From the NCBI GenBank assembly GCA_000025185.1, contig CP001848.1, forward strand, positions 5,580,001 to 5,612,000: a stretch of DNA of 32,000 nt, given 5' to 3'. The position numbers were made by a program, and so were the translations under genes. The DNA comes from Pirellula staleyi DSM 6068. GTDB taxonomy: Bacteria; Planctomycetota; Planctomycetia; Pirellulales; Pirellulaceae. Below are positions 19,654-27,284 of this stretch, in pieces (the first letter of the stretch is position 1; each line of letters starts with the position of its first letter). The notes under the pieces were generated by a model that searched no databases, was not told where the DNA came from, and worked only from the letters and a program-made list of their open reading frames with translations.

Positions 19654-20538
19654 CTATTTATCGCTACCGGGCTTCAGAGGGGACTTAATTGACTCTTTCG
19701 TGGCGGCTTTGCCAGCGTTGGGCTTAGTGCCAGACGGCTTGCCTGGATCGGACTTACCATTGCCCCGTGTGAGGAACTCAAGCTGACGCTCGATCATTTC
19801 CTCGCGCGATGCTTCGAGGTTTTCGATCTGCTGATCGATCTTTTCCATCCGCTGCGTGATCTTGGCACGCTCGAACGACAAAAGTGCAATGCGGGCCGAG
19901 AGTTGCTGCTCGAGCAGGCTCTTGAGCTCGTCGCGCAGTGTGGCGGAGTCGTTCATCTTCAGGCGGGCCGAAATCAGCTGAATCTTCGACTGCGCGGTCC
20001 AGACGGCTAGTTCCAGCTGATACTGCTGCTGGTCGCGATCTTGGGTAGCCGCCAGCCGCTCGGAAGCTCGAAACAGCTCGCGAATCGCCTGCTCGTATTC
20101 CCTGGTCTGACTCGACTTGAGATGCGTGAGAAGCTCGGCCAGTTCAGGATGATTCAGCTGCACGAACGTCATCACAGCCGCTTCGCGTTCGGGGGTGATC
20201 GATACCGGACGTGATTTCGCTGCGGCTGAGCCGGGTTTGGTGATGGCAGCACGCGTGGGAGCTTCTCTCCCCTGCTCTTTGTTCTTGGCGCGAGTGGTCG
20301 ACGGGGCTTTCACCACCTGGCTGCTGTCGGCGGAACCAGAGGAACCTTTGCTCTCAGCCTCTTTGGTAGTAGTAGTAGTAGCAGTAGGTTTCTTATCGCC
20401 AGACGACTGGGTGGTGGTCGCTTTATCGTCGGACCAGGCAGATTGCATGGCGATGCCGACGACCACGATGCCAGCGACGAGCGCGCACGACCATCGCTGC
20501 CAACCACTCGCAGGAATAAGACTCGAGCGAACCATCAC
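19654..20538 (-). CDS. Secreted or membrane-anchored Thr/Ser/Lys-rich and coiled-coil protein, third gene of the ECF operon
   Basis: GTG 20538 or ATG 20535 lies only 3 nt after the anti-sigma stop (TAA 20542-20544). N-terminal hydrophobic segment WSCALVAGIVVVGIAMQSAWS, a low-complexity T/S/K region, then a long heptad-like helical region (ELFRASERLAATQDRDQQQYQLELAVW..LEQQLSARIALLSFERAKITQRMEKIDQQIENLE). No family recognised. Confidence 0.6.
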   Translation of the reverse strand: MMVRSSLIPASGWQRWSCALVAGIVVVGIAMQSAWSDDKATTTQSSGDKKPTATTTTTKEAESKGSSGSADSSQVVKAPSTTRAKNKEQGREAPTRAAITKPGSAAAKSRPVSITPEREAAVMTFVQLNHPELAELLTHLKSSQTREYEQAIRELFRASERLAATQDRDQQQYQLELAVWTAQSKIQLISARLKMNDSATLRDELKSLLEQQLSARIALLSFERAKITQRMEKIDQQIENLEASREEMIERQLEFLTRGNGKSDPGKPSGTKPNAGKAATKESIKSPLKPGSDK

Positions 20539-20541
20539 GAT

Positions 20542-21321
20542 TTAGTTCTCCACCGCCGGCGATTGTTCTTCTTGCGAAACAGGATCGGCTGGCATGGCAT
20601 CTTGATCGGCCATGCTCGACAGAGCGACGGTCATCCACGAGGGAGCTGCTGTCGATATTTCGTCGGTCGCAGATTCGTCGCCCACCACCTCGTCATCACC
20701 CACGATAGGGAGGTCGCTCATCGCGAGTTCGTCGGACAGGTTACTGTTGCCAGTAACATCGGTGGCCAGCAATTTCATGGCCCGCAGTTCGCCACTCATC
20801 TCTTGGGGTGCAGTGACCGTGGCGACTTTCACTTCATCGGCAGCCTCTTGCATCGCGACGCGTGTTTGCGACCAGGCGGCTGCGAGTTGATCCTGCGATG
20901 CGGCACTCTTCGTGATTCCGAGCAAACTGGCGATGGAGGCGGAGTTTTTGGCTCCGAGCCAGCTGACAGCGACGAGCAGCGCGGCTGCTGTCCCGCCGAC
21001 GAGCATCCAGCGGGCACGCTCGCTCCAGCGCGTTGTGGATGCAGCGGATTGTGTGAATTCATGCGTGCGGGAGGTCAAGGTAATGACCTCGACTTCAGCC
21101 GCTGGCGTGGGGGGAGCAAGTCGCATGGCAGCGCTCAGGCTCGTTCCCATCTGCACAGCCATCGCCACCGCCTCGCGGGCCGACTGATCGTGCATCAAAC
21201 GCTCTTCAAACTGCACTCTTTGCGATTCGTCGAGATCGCCCGAGACATAGCAAAAGGCTTGCCACGTCAGCTGGTCGCCCGCTGCCGAAAGATCGCTCGC
21301 AGGTTCTTGATTCGGTTTCAT
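20542..21321 (-). CDS. Putative anti-sigma factor (single-pass membrane protein)
   Basis: It lies directly downstream of the ECF sigma gene. N-terminal helix pattern AFCYVSGDLDESQRVQFEERLMHDQSAREAVA (Y..G.L......FE..L..D) is typical of anti-sigma N-domains. One TM helix WMLVGGTAAALLVAVSWLG. Acidic extracytoplasmic tail. Confidence 0.65.
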   Translation of the reverse strand: MKPNQEPASDLSAAGDQLTWQAFCYVSGDLDESQRVQFEERLMHDQSAREAVAMAVQMGTSLSAAMRLAPPTPAAEVEVITLTSRTHEFTQSAASTTRWSERARWMLVGGTAAALLVAVSWLGAKNSASIASLLGITKSAASQDQLAAAWSQTRVAMQEAADEVKVATVTAPQEMSGELRAMKLLATDVTGNSNLSDELAMSDLPIVGDDEVVGDESATDEISTAAPSWMTVALSSMADQDAMPADPVSQEEQSPAVEN

Positions 21322-21418
21322 GATCTTCTTCGTTTCCCGTTGGTTTTAGGTCTCGACTCACTACGTCGACCTAAAACTCCATTTCCCACACCAAACTCAA
21401 ATCGACTTAATCCAGCCG

Positions 21419-21961
21419 CTAGGAGCCGCGATCAAACTCGTCCGAAGCAGGTTCAAGCTTCGACCGGAGCTTGATGATGGCGGCTCGCATTCTTCCCAGG
21501 GCCGTGCCGAGCGGAATGTTGAGTTCGGCCGCAATCGTCGCAAAAGTTTTTTCTTCGTATATTCGCATCCGAACAATCTGCAACTGATCGGGCGGAAGGT
21601 CCGAGAGTGCCGCACGAACTTGCTCGACGGTTTCGAGTCGCAGGAGCGGTTCGTCAGAGGCATCGCTGGTGTGATCGCGCTGCCAGGCGATTTTGCGGAA
21701 GATTTTGTCTCCCACCGCATCGCGCCGGCGAATCGCCATCGCTTCGTGAAACGCCACCCGGAACAGCCACGCCTTGCGCGACTCTTCCCGGGTTTCATTC
21801 CCCCGCTCGAGCAGCCGAGTGAAGGTGGCCTGCAGCACATCGCTGGCCAGCTGCGGATCCCCCAGCACGCCCAGCAGGAAGCGGCGCAACTCTTCGCCAT
21901 GTTCGACGTAGAGCGCGGCCACCACGCGTGCATCCAGGTTTCCTTCGTCCGCCGCCGGCAA
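21419..21961 (-). CDS. ECF-type RNA polymerase sigma-70 family factor
   Basis: Region 2: FLLGVLGDPQLASDVLQATFTRLLE..AWLFRVAFHEAMAIRRR. Region 4: LPPDQLQIVRMRIYEEKTFATIAAELNIPLGTALGRMRAAIIKLR. TTG start with a GGGAGGG RBS 5-6 nt upstream. The overlapping ORF 21397..22002 is in another frame. Confidence 0.9.
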   Translation of the reverse strand: MPAADEGNLDARVVAALYVEHGEELRRFLLGVLGDPQLASDVLQATFTRLLERGNETREESRKAWLFRVAFHEAMAIRRRDAVGDKIFRKIAWQRDHTSDASDEPLLRLETVEQVRAALSDLPPDQLQIVRMRIYEEKTFATIAAELNIPLGTALGRMRAAIIKLRSKLEPASDEFDRGS

Positions 21962-22334
21962 ACAGGCCCTCCCGTCGAGCTACCTCGAACCAACCGCTTC
22001 AAGAATTAAGACGTGCAACCCGGCACCATTATTGGGAAAATTGTGCCCCTGTGCGAACAAGCCGCCGCACAGCCCCCCGCCAATCAGGCGCAAGTGCTTT
22101 TACAGTAATCACTAACAGCGCTGCGACCAACTCGCAAAAAGAGCCCACGACCAGCCCGTTTTCGGAGCACCACAGGGGAAATTCAAATGCCAGTGAAGTG
22201 TGAAGGTTTCCGTCGGCGAGCCCTCGCGATCGGGCCGTGCGTGCACTTATACTGAGCAAGGTCGCCTCCGAACGTAAACCCTCGAGGCGACACACTTCTC
22301 GATCACCGCCGTTTCTAGCGAAGGCCACGCCAAC

Positions 22335-24158
22335 GTGTTTTTCGGACCCCTCTTAACACGTGAACTTGTCGTCCAACCTCGGCGACCTCAGCTGTTTCTC
22401 GCACGCGGCGTCTATGTGACGGCTGTTCTCGTGCTGATGAGCACCGCTTGGCTCGTGCTGGCCGGAACGCAGCTCGTCCGCAACATCGGCGACCTGGCGC
22501 GGTTTGGATCGATGCTGTTTCAAATCCTTGCGCCGCTGCAACTCGCACTGTTGGCGTTTCAAGCCGCCATGACCAGCGCCTCGGCGGTGGCTCAAGAGAA
22601 AGATAAAAAAACGCTCCTACTGCTCCTGATGACGCAGCTGGCAAATCGCGAACTAGTGCTCGGTAAACTCCTCGGGAGCATGCTCCCGGTCCTCTCGATG
22701 CTGCTGGCCTCGGCACCAGTGATGGTGCTGCTGACGCTGCTCGGCGGGGTCAGCACGTCGCAAGTTTTTCGCGTTCTAGTCGTAACGCTGGTCACCATGC
22801 TCGCCGCTGGCAGCCTCGGATCAACCGTGGCTCTTGCTCGCGAGAAAACCTTCCAGGCACTTTCGGTCACAGCACTTTTGATCGTGCTATGGGTCGGACT
22901 TTTCGAAGCAGCGGTGATTGTCGGCCCCGAGATTCGGCTGGGGAGTATCACGCTGGCTCAAGTGGGTGAAGCGGCCAGCCCGCTCCGCGCGATCTTGTCG
23001 GCAGCGCATCCGTTTTCCACCACCCGCTCACTCCTTGCGCCGATTGAACTGGCTTACACCCTTATCGCCTTGTCTCTAACGGTGCTGCTGAACGTGCTGG
23101 CCATTGTGCAACTTCGCGTCTGGAATCCGGGCCGCGATATCATGCCCACCACCGCCGCGATGGAAGGGGAATTCTCTTCCGCTGCTGGCATGATGGACGT
23201 TAGCGACGAACAAGCGCGGTCGACCCACGTCGACGCGCGCGTGCGAACCGTGAATCGCAAGAGCCGAGAAGTTTGGGACAACCCCATCCTGTGGCGCGAA
23301 GCGTGCACCTGGGCCTATGGCCGCAAAGTGATTGTTGTTCGCATTGCCTATTTGCTCCTCTTTGCCGGTGTCATGTTCGGGCTCTATCAGGCCGCTACAT
23401 CGGGGCAAGTGACACGACCTAGCGACGCCGCTGGTATTGTTCCTCCCGCCGTACGTCTGCTCGCGCCGTTCTGTCTCGTGAGCCTCGTCATCGTCAATGC
23501 ACTGGCGGTGAACTCGATCACCAACGAACGCGATGGCGGTGCTCTCGATCTGCTGCTCGTGACTGATATATCGCCCCTGGAATTCATCGCCGGAAAGCTC
23601 GGCGGTGTCGCTTGGGTGACGAAAGAGATGATCCTGCTACCGATTCTGCTGCTGGCCTATTTGTCGATCAGCGGCGGGCTATCGCTACAGAATTTCTGCT
23701 ATGCCGCGATGGGACTCTTGCTAATGAGTCTTTTTGTGATGACACTCGGCATTCACTACGGGCTCAATTATGCCTCGTCCCGCACAGCCATTGGTGTGAG
23801 CCTCGGAACGGTCTTCTTCCTGTTCCTCGGCGTGGTGACACTCATCCTGCTGATGATTTCGTTCAGCAGTTCGTTCCAAACGCAGCTGGCCCCCTTCTTG
23901 GCATTCATTGTGGGTGGCAGCGTTGGGCTTTATGTCACGCTCGGCAATCGCAACCAGTCGCAGGCGATCGCGCTGTCGTCGCTCCTGTTGCCGTTTGCAA
24001 CCTTCTTTGCAATCACCAGCTTTTTGCTGGGGCACTGGTTGCAGGTGTTTCTGGTTGTCGCCGCAACTTACGGTTTTACCACCGTAGCGATGCTCGTCCC
24101 GGCTATCAGCGCCTTCGACGTAGCCATGGGGCGCACCAAGAGCGCTGGAGACGAATAG
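22335..24158 (+). CDS. Fused double ABC-2-type transporter permease (about 12 TM segments)
   Basis: Two homologous halves. Half 1: GPLLTRELVVQPRR..(TM)..SASAVAQEKDKKTLLLLLMTQLANRELVLGKLLG. Half 2: NPILWREACTWAYGRK..(TM)..AVNSITNERDGGALDLLLVTDISPLEFIAGKLGG. Hydrophobic throughout. GTG start. No Walker-A ATPase ORF is adjacent. Confidence 0.7.
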   Translation: MFFGPLLTRELVVQPRRPQLFLARGVYVTAVLVLMSTAWLVLAGTQLVRNIGDLARFGSMLFQILAPLQLALLAFQAAMTSASAVAQEKDKKTLLLLLMTQLANRELVLGKLLGSMLPVLSMLLASAPVMVLLTLLGGVSTSQVFRVLVVTLVTMLAAGSLGSTVALAREKTFQALSVTALLIVLWVGLFEAAVIVGPEIRLGSITLAQVGEAASPLRAILSAAHPFSTTRSLLAPIELAYTLIALSLTVLLNVLAIVQLRVWNPGRDIMPTTAAMEGEFSSAAGMMDVSDEQARSTHVDARVRTVNRKSREVWDNPILWREACTWAYGRKVIVVRIAYLLLFAGVMFGLYQAATSGQVTRPSDAAGIVPPAVRLLAPFCLVSLVIVNALAVNSITNERDGGALDLLLVTDISPLEFIAGKLGGVAWVTKEMILLPILLLAYLSISGGLSLQNFCYAAMGLLLMSLFVMTLGIHYGLNYASSRTAIGVSLGTVFFLFLGVVTLILLMISFSSSFQTQLAPFLAFIVGGSVGLYVTLGNRNQSQAIALSSLLLPFATFFAITSFLLGHWLQVFLVVAATYGFTTVAMLVPAISAFDVAMGRTKSAGDE

Positions 24159-24266
24159 GAGAGAGAGTTTCGTCTCACACCGAGAAGCACTCGGCGCTCT
24201 ACATCACGCACTGGTGCCAGCAGAACTTGCGTGTCGCTGCAACTGCGTACTTCACTGTCGGCAAAT

Positions 24267-24524
24267 TTAGCTGTTACGCGAATAACCCAGCGTCTTCATC
24301 ACACCCAGCACTTCTTCGTAGCTGATGAATCGACGACGATTCTTCAGTTTATAAGCATCAATAGCCAATGCCACTTCGCGCGCTTCGGGAGAAAGCTCGT
24401 GATAGGTGTTGGTGAATTGACGTCGTTCGTGCTGCGGCCCCGGCGAAGGTCCGCGACTAGCGCGACGTTCGACAAAAGGCTGAGCTCCCACGACATCCAC
24501 AGGTCCGGCAACAATCGTACTCAT
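24267..24524 (-). CDS. Small basic hypothetical protein (85 aa)
   Basis: ATG with a purine-rich RBS (GGAAGAGAAGAG) upstream. Coding-like codon pattern. The C-terminal half LSPEAREVALAIDAYKLKNRRRFISYEEVLGVMKTLGY looks like a folded helical module. Family not recognised. Confidence 0.55.
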   Translation of the reverse strand: MSTIVAGPVDVVGAQPFVERRASRGPSPGPQHERRQFTNTYHELSPEAREVALAIDAYKLKNRRRFISYEEVLGVMKTLGYSRNS

Positions 24525-24790
24525 AGCGACTCTTCTCTTCCGCTCGTGAGGTATCCGTCGGCTCTTGGCTTAGCTGATGCTGACCACTCAACCTTGCCAC
24601 CAGGGCAAAGTTCGTGGCGCAGTTCTCAACTGCACTGCGACGTACTTTCTTCCGACTGAAGGAAACCTAGGTCGCTTTCAGGAGTGAGTCAAACCAGCGG
24701 AAGAATAACAGCCCTCGATCGTTCGACGCACTGATGGCCGCACAATCGTCACAAACGTCGCTGCTAGTCTTGTATCGACTAGCAAACCTT

Positions 24791-26362
24791 TTACATGTGC
24801 CAGGCCGCGAGTTCATGATCCTGACGCTCGGCCGCGCGCGCCGAGTCGGCGTCGGCAAGCGGCAGCCGAACCACGATGGTGGTGCCCCGATCGTTACTCC
24901 GAGCAGAGATATCGCCGCCGTGGGCGTCGACAATCGTTTTACTAATCGCCAGCCCCATCCCCATGCCACTCGGCTTGGTCGTAAAGAAAGGAACAAACAG
25001 CTGCTGTTCCACCTGGGGCGTAAGTCCCGGACCATTATCGCTGATTTCGATCCGCACATAGCGCGGCTCGACATACGTTGCCACCCTGGCAACGCGCGAC
25101 TCGGCTGGCAGCGACTGCATCGCCTCGTAGGCATTTAGCAGCACGTTGCACATCACTTGCTGGATCGCGACAGGGTCGACTTCCAAGATGGGGGAAGGTC
25201 GCGACACATTCAAATGAACTTGCACCTTCGAGCGGCGTGCTTCGATCGCCACAAGTTCGATCGACTCTTCCACCAGCGTGCTGATGTTCGTCGGAACTCG
25301 CTGCGACGGTCCTTTAGAAACGTAGGCGCGAATTCGCTTGATCACATCAGCAGCCCGCGTCACTGCCTTCGAAATATCGTCGTTCCATTGACGCATCTGC
25401 TCGATCGGCAGCTCACCACCGGCCCGCAGCGCGTCGCTGGCAGCAGCGGAGTAATTCGCAATCGCATAAAGAGGCTGATTCACTTCGTGCGCGATACCCG
25501 CCACCAGTTCTCCCATCGTCGACAGCCGAGCAACGTGGCACATCTCCACGAACTGCTGCTGCAGCTTATCGCTCGCCTCTTGTCGATCGGTGACATCCTC
25601 GGCCACACCCACGATGCGACGAATCTGTCCATCGGGATCGGTAATCGGGAAGCGACGATCGTGAATCCAGCGAATCGCGCCATCGGGACGCACGATGCGA
25701 AACACCTGATCGTGCACCGTGGTCGAGGTCCACTCATTCGGCTCGAGACGAACCCTGGCACGATCTTCCATATGCGCGGCGGTAAGGACTACCTCAGGCG
25801 GCTCTGACAGGAACGACGGCGGTCGTCCCCATATCGCTTCGAAGGCCGGACTCACGTACAGCACTTTGCGATTCACCAGGTCGTACATCCAAAACACATC
25901 GCGGATGTGCTCGGCCATTTGCCGAAACCGCTGCTCTTCGTCCGCCAGAGCGCGGCGTGCTTGCTCGCGATCGGCCATCAACTGCCATTCGCGCATCACG
26001 CGCCGCACGAGCTGCGGCATGTCGAGCAGCGATGTCGGCGATTTCGTGATGTAGTCGAGAGCACCCGCCTTGATCGACTCGACAGCCGCTCGCTCGCTAC
26101 CTTGACTCGTCAGAATGATCGTGGGAAAGCGAGCTGCTTGATCCCCTTCGGTCAACAGGTCGGTGCCCCGACCATCGGGCAAGCCCATGTCGACAATAGC
26201 TGCGGAAGGGACGTGCGACTGCAAATAGTGGCGTGCCTCGGCCAAAGTGCTGCACACCACGAGCTCGTACGGATCGCTCTCACCAGAAAATGCCCGGCGC
26301 ACGAGCGCAACGTGAGCCGGCTCATCTTCCAGTAATAGAATTTCAATCGACACTTGATTCAT
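24791..26362 (-). CDS. Hybrid sensor: N-terminal REC, PAS, HisKA, HATPase_c histidine kinase
   Basis: MNQVSIEILLLEDEPAHVALV..DMGLPDGRGTDLL..ILTSQG (receiver). PAS region (FRQMAEHIRDVFWMYD..). H-box ELVAGIAHEVNQPLYAI. N/G boxes NVLLNAYEAM, ISDNGPGL, FFTTKPSGMGMGLAISK. ATG 26362 is preferred over the track start 26422. Confidence 0.9.
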   Translation of the reverse strand: MNQVSIEILLLEDEPAHVALVRRAFSGESDPYELVVCSTLAEARHYLQSHVPSAAIVDMGLPDGRGTDLLTEGDQAARFPTIILTSQGSERAAVESIKAGALDYITKSPTSLLDMPQLVRRVMREWQLMADREQARRALADEEQRFRQMAEHIRDVFWMYDLVNRKVLYVSPAFEAIWGRPPSFLSEPPEVVLTAAHMEDRARVRLEPNEWTSTTVHDQVFRIVRPDGAIRWIHDRRFPITDPDGQIRRIVGVAEDVTDRQEASDKLQQQFVEMCHVARLSTMGELVAGIAHEVNQPLYAIANYSAAASDALRAGGELPIEQMRQWNDDISKAVTRAADVIKRIRAYVSKGPSQRVPTNISTLVEESIELVAIEARRSKVQVHLNVSRPSPILEVDPVAIQQVMCNVLLNAYEAMQSLPAESRVARVATYVEPRYVRIEISDNGPGLTPQVEQQLFVPFFTTKPSGMGMGLAISKTIVDAHGGDISARSNDRGTTIVVRLPLADADSARAAERQDHELAAWHM

Positions 26363-26584
26363 GATCCGCTGGAGAGCTACGTCGCTACGATACTCGCGCC
26401 ATCTGCCGCTGGTCGAACACAACCAGAAGGGCGGAACCTTGTCGGCTCGCGGTTCCTTTGTAACTGGAACCTAGCGACGAAGCATCAAAGAAACAAGAAC
26501 GGCAGCTGAGCTGACCGCAATTCCAGCGCATCGCAAAGATGCGCCGCGACACGCCATGCGCGATACCGCTCGTATCAAGCTTGC

Positions 26585-27040
26585 TTAATCTTGCAAGGTA
26601 CGATTGGGGCTGCGGTTCCAAACGAGCCAGTAGTATCCCAGGTCGCCAATCAGTTGAGTCAGCGCCGTAAAATCGAGAGGCTTCACGACATAGCTATTAG
26701 CGTGCAACTGATAGGCTCGGGCCACATCGATATCCGATTGCGAAGTCGACAAAACGACCACGGGAAGCTGCATTAACTCGGGATCGGTCTTGATCTGTCG
26801 CAGCACCTCCAGACCGTCGACCTTGGGAAGCCGCAGATCGAGCAGCACCACATCGGGCCGGGGTGATAATTCTGGATCAGTGAAAGGTGATTCACGCCGC
26901 AAATAGGCCACCGCCTCTTCACCATCACTGACATGCATGAGTTTATTCAGCACCCGATTCGAAGCGAGACTTCGCTCGACCAAACGCGCATGGGCGGGAT
27001 TATCTTCGGCGAGCAAAATGACGATCGATCGCTGTTCCAT
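26585..27040 (-). CDS. Single-domain response regulator (CheY/Rcp1-like receiver, no output domain)
   Basis: MEQRSIVILLAEDNPAHARLV..PDVVLLDLRLPKVDGLEVLRQIK..PVVVLSTS..ANSYVVKPLDF. 151 aa from ATG 27040. The track ORF extends to 27094. Confidence 0.9.
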   Translation of the reverse strand: MEQRSIVILLAEDNPAHARLVERSLASNRVLNKLMHVSDGEEAVAYLRRESPFTDPELSPRPDVVLLDLRLPKVDGLEVLRQIKTDPELMQLPVVVLSTSQSDIDVARAYQLHANSYVVKPLDFTALTQLIGDLGYYWLVWNRSPNRTLQD

Positions 27041-27090
27041 GGGGAATCTTTCGCTCTCTCTCGTTAGCGGCGCACCGCAGCATTTTTGAG

Positions 27091-27110
27091 GCATCTTGCA
27101 TGCAAGATGC
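27091..27110. promoter_or_regulatory. Perfect 20-bp palindrome GCATCTTGCA|TGCAAGATGC, candidate operator
   Basis: An exact inverted repeat read from the sequence, 51-70 bp upstream of the response-regulator ATG (27040). No T-tract follows on either strand, so it is not a canonical terminator. A regulatory role is inferred only. Confidence 0.4.
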
Positions 27111-27284
27111 AGCCGTTCAGCGGCATCCGCCTGTGCGAATCTGCACAGCCACGGGAGGTTATAGCAGCACGCACACCCCCGTTGAAACAGATTTCATGTT
27201 TCTTTATTCAGCGGCTGGTCACTCGGCCAGTGTGCGGTTAACAGCAATCCCGCGGCGGTCGATCTTTCCGAATATCGAGGCTTG

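Noticed and set aside
20366-20386. (GTA)5-GCA-GTA trinucleotide run, which is (ACT)n on the coding strand and encodes a Thr run
   Set aside because: It is a short in-frame microsatellite inside a low-complexity Thr/Ser-rich linker. There is no evidence of phase variation from a single sequence.
20443-21474. 343-aa plus-strand ORF
   Set aside because: It is antisense to the coiled-coil and anti-sigma genes, and is Arg/His/Gly-rich shadow sequence.
21397-22002. 201-aa minus-strand ORF overlapping the ECF sigma gene
   Set aside because: It is in a different frame from 21419..21961. Only the latter shows sigma-70 region 2 and region 4 motifs.
21962-22334. Search for an autoregulatory ECF promoter, and a sigma70-like TATACT (22246-22251), in the sigma/permease divergent region
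   Set aside because: I found no convincing GAAC-N16/17-CGT pair on the sigma strand. The TATACT hexamer lacks a credible -35 at proper spacing.
23612-24325. 237-aa plus-strand ORF, and minus ORFs inside the permease gene
   Set aside because: They are alternative frames of the permease gene. They have no hydrophobic TM pattern and no motifs.
24667-25807. ORFs 24667..25134 (-), 24734..25138 (+) and 25157..25807 (+)
   Set aside because: They overlap the REC-PAS-kinase gene, out of frame or antisense. Kinase H, N and G boxes appear only in 24791..26362.
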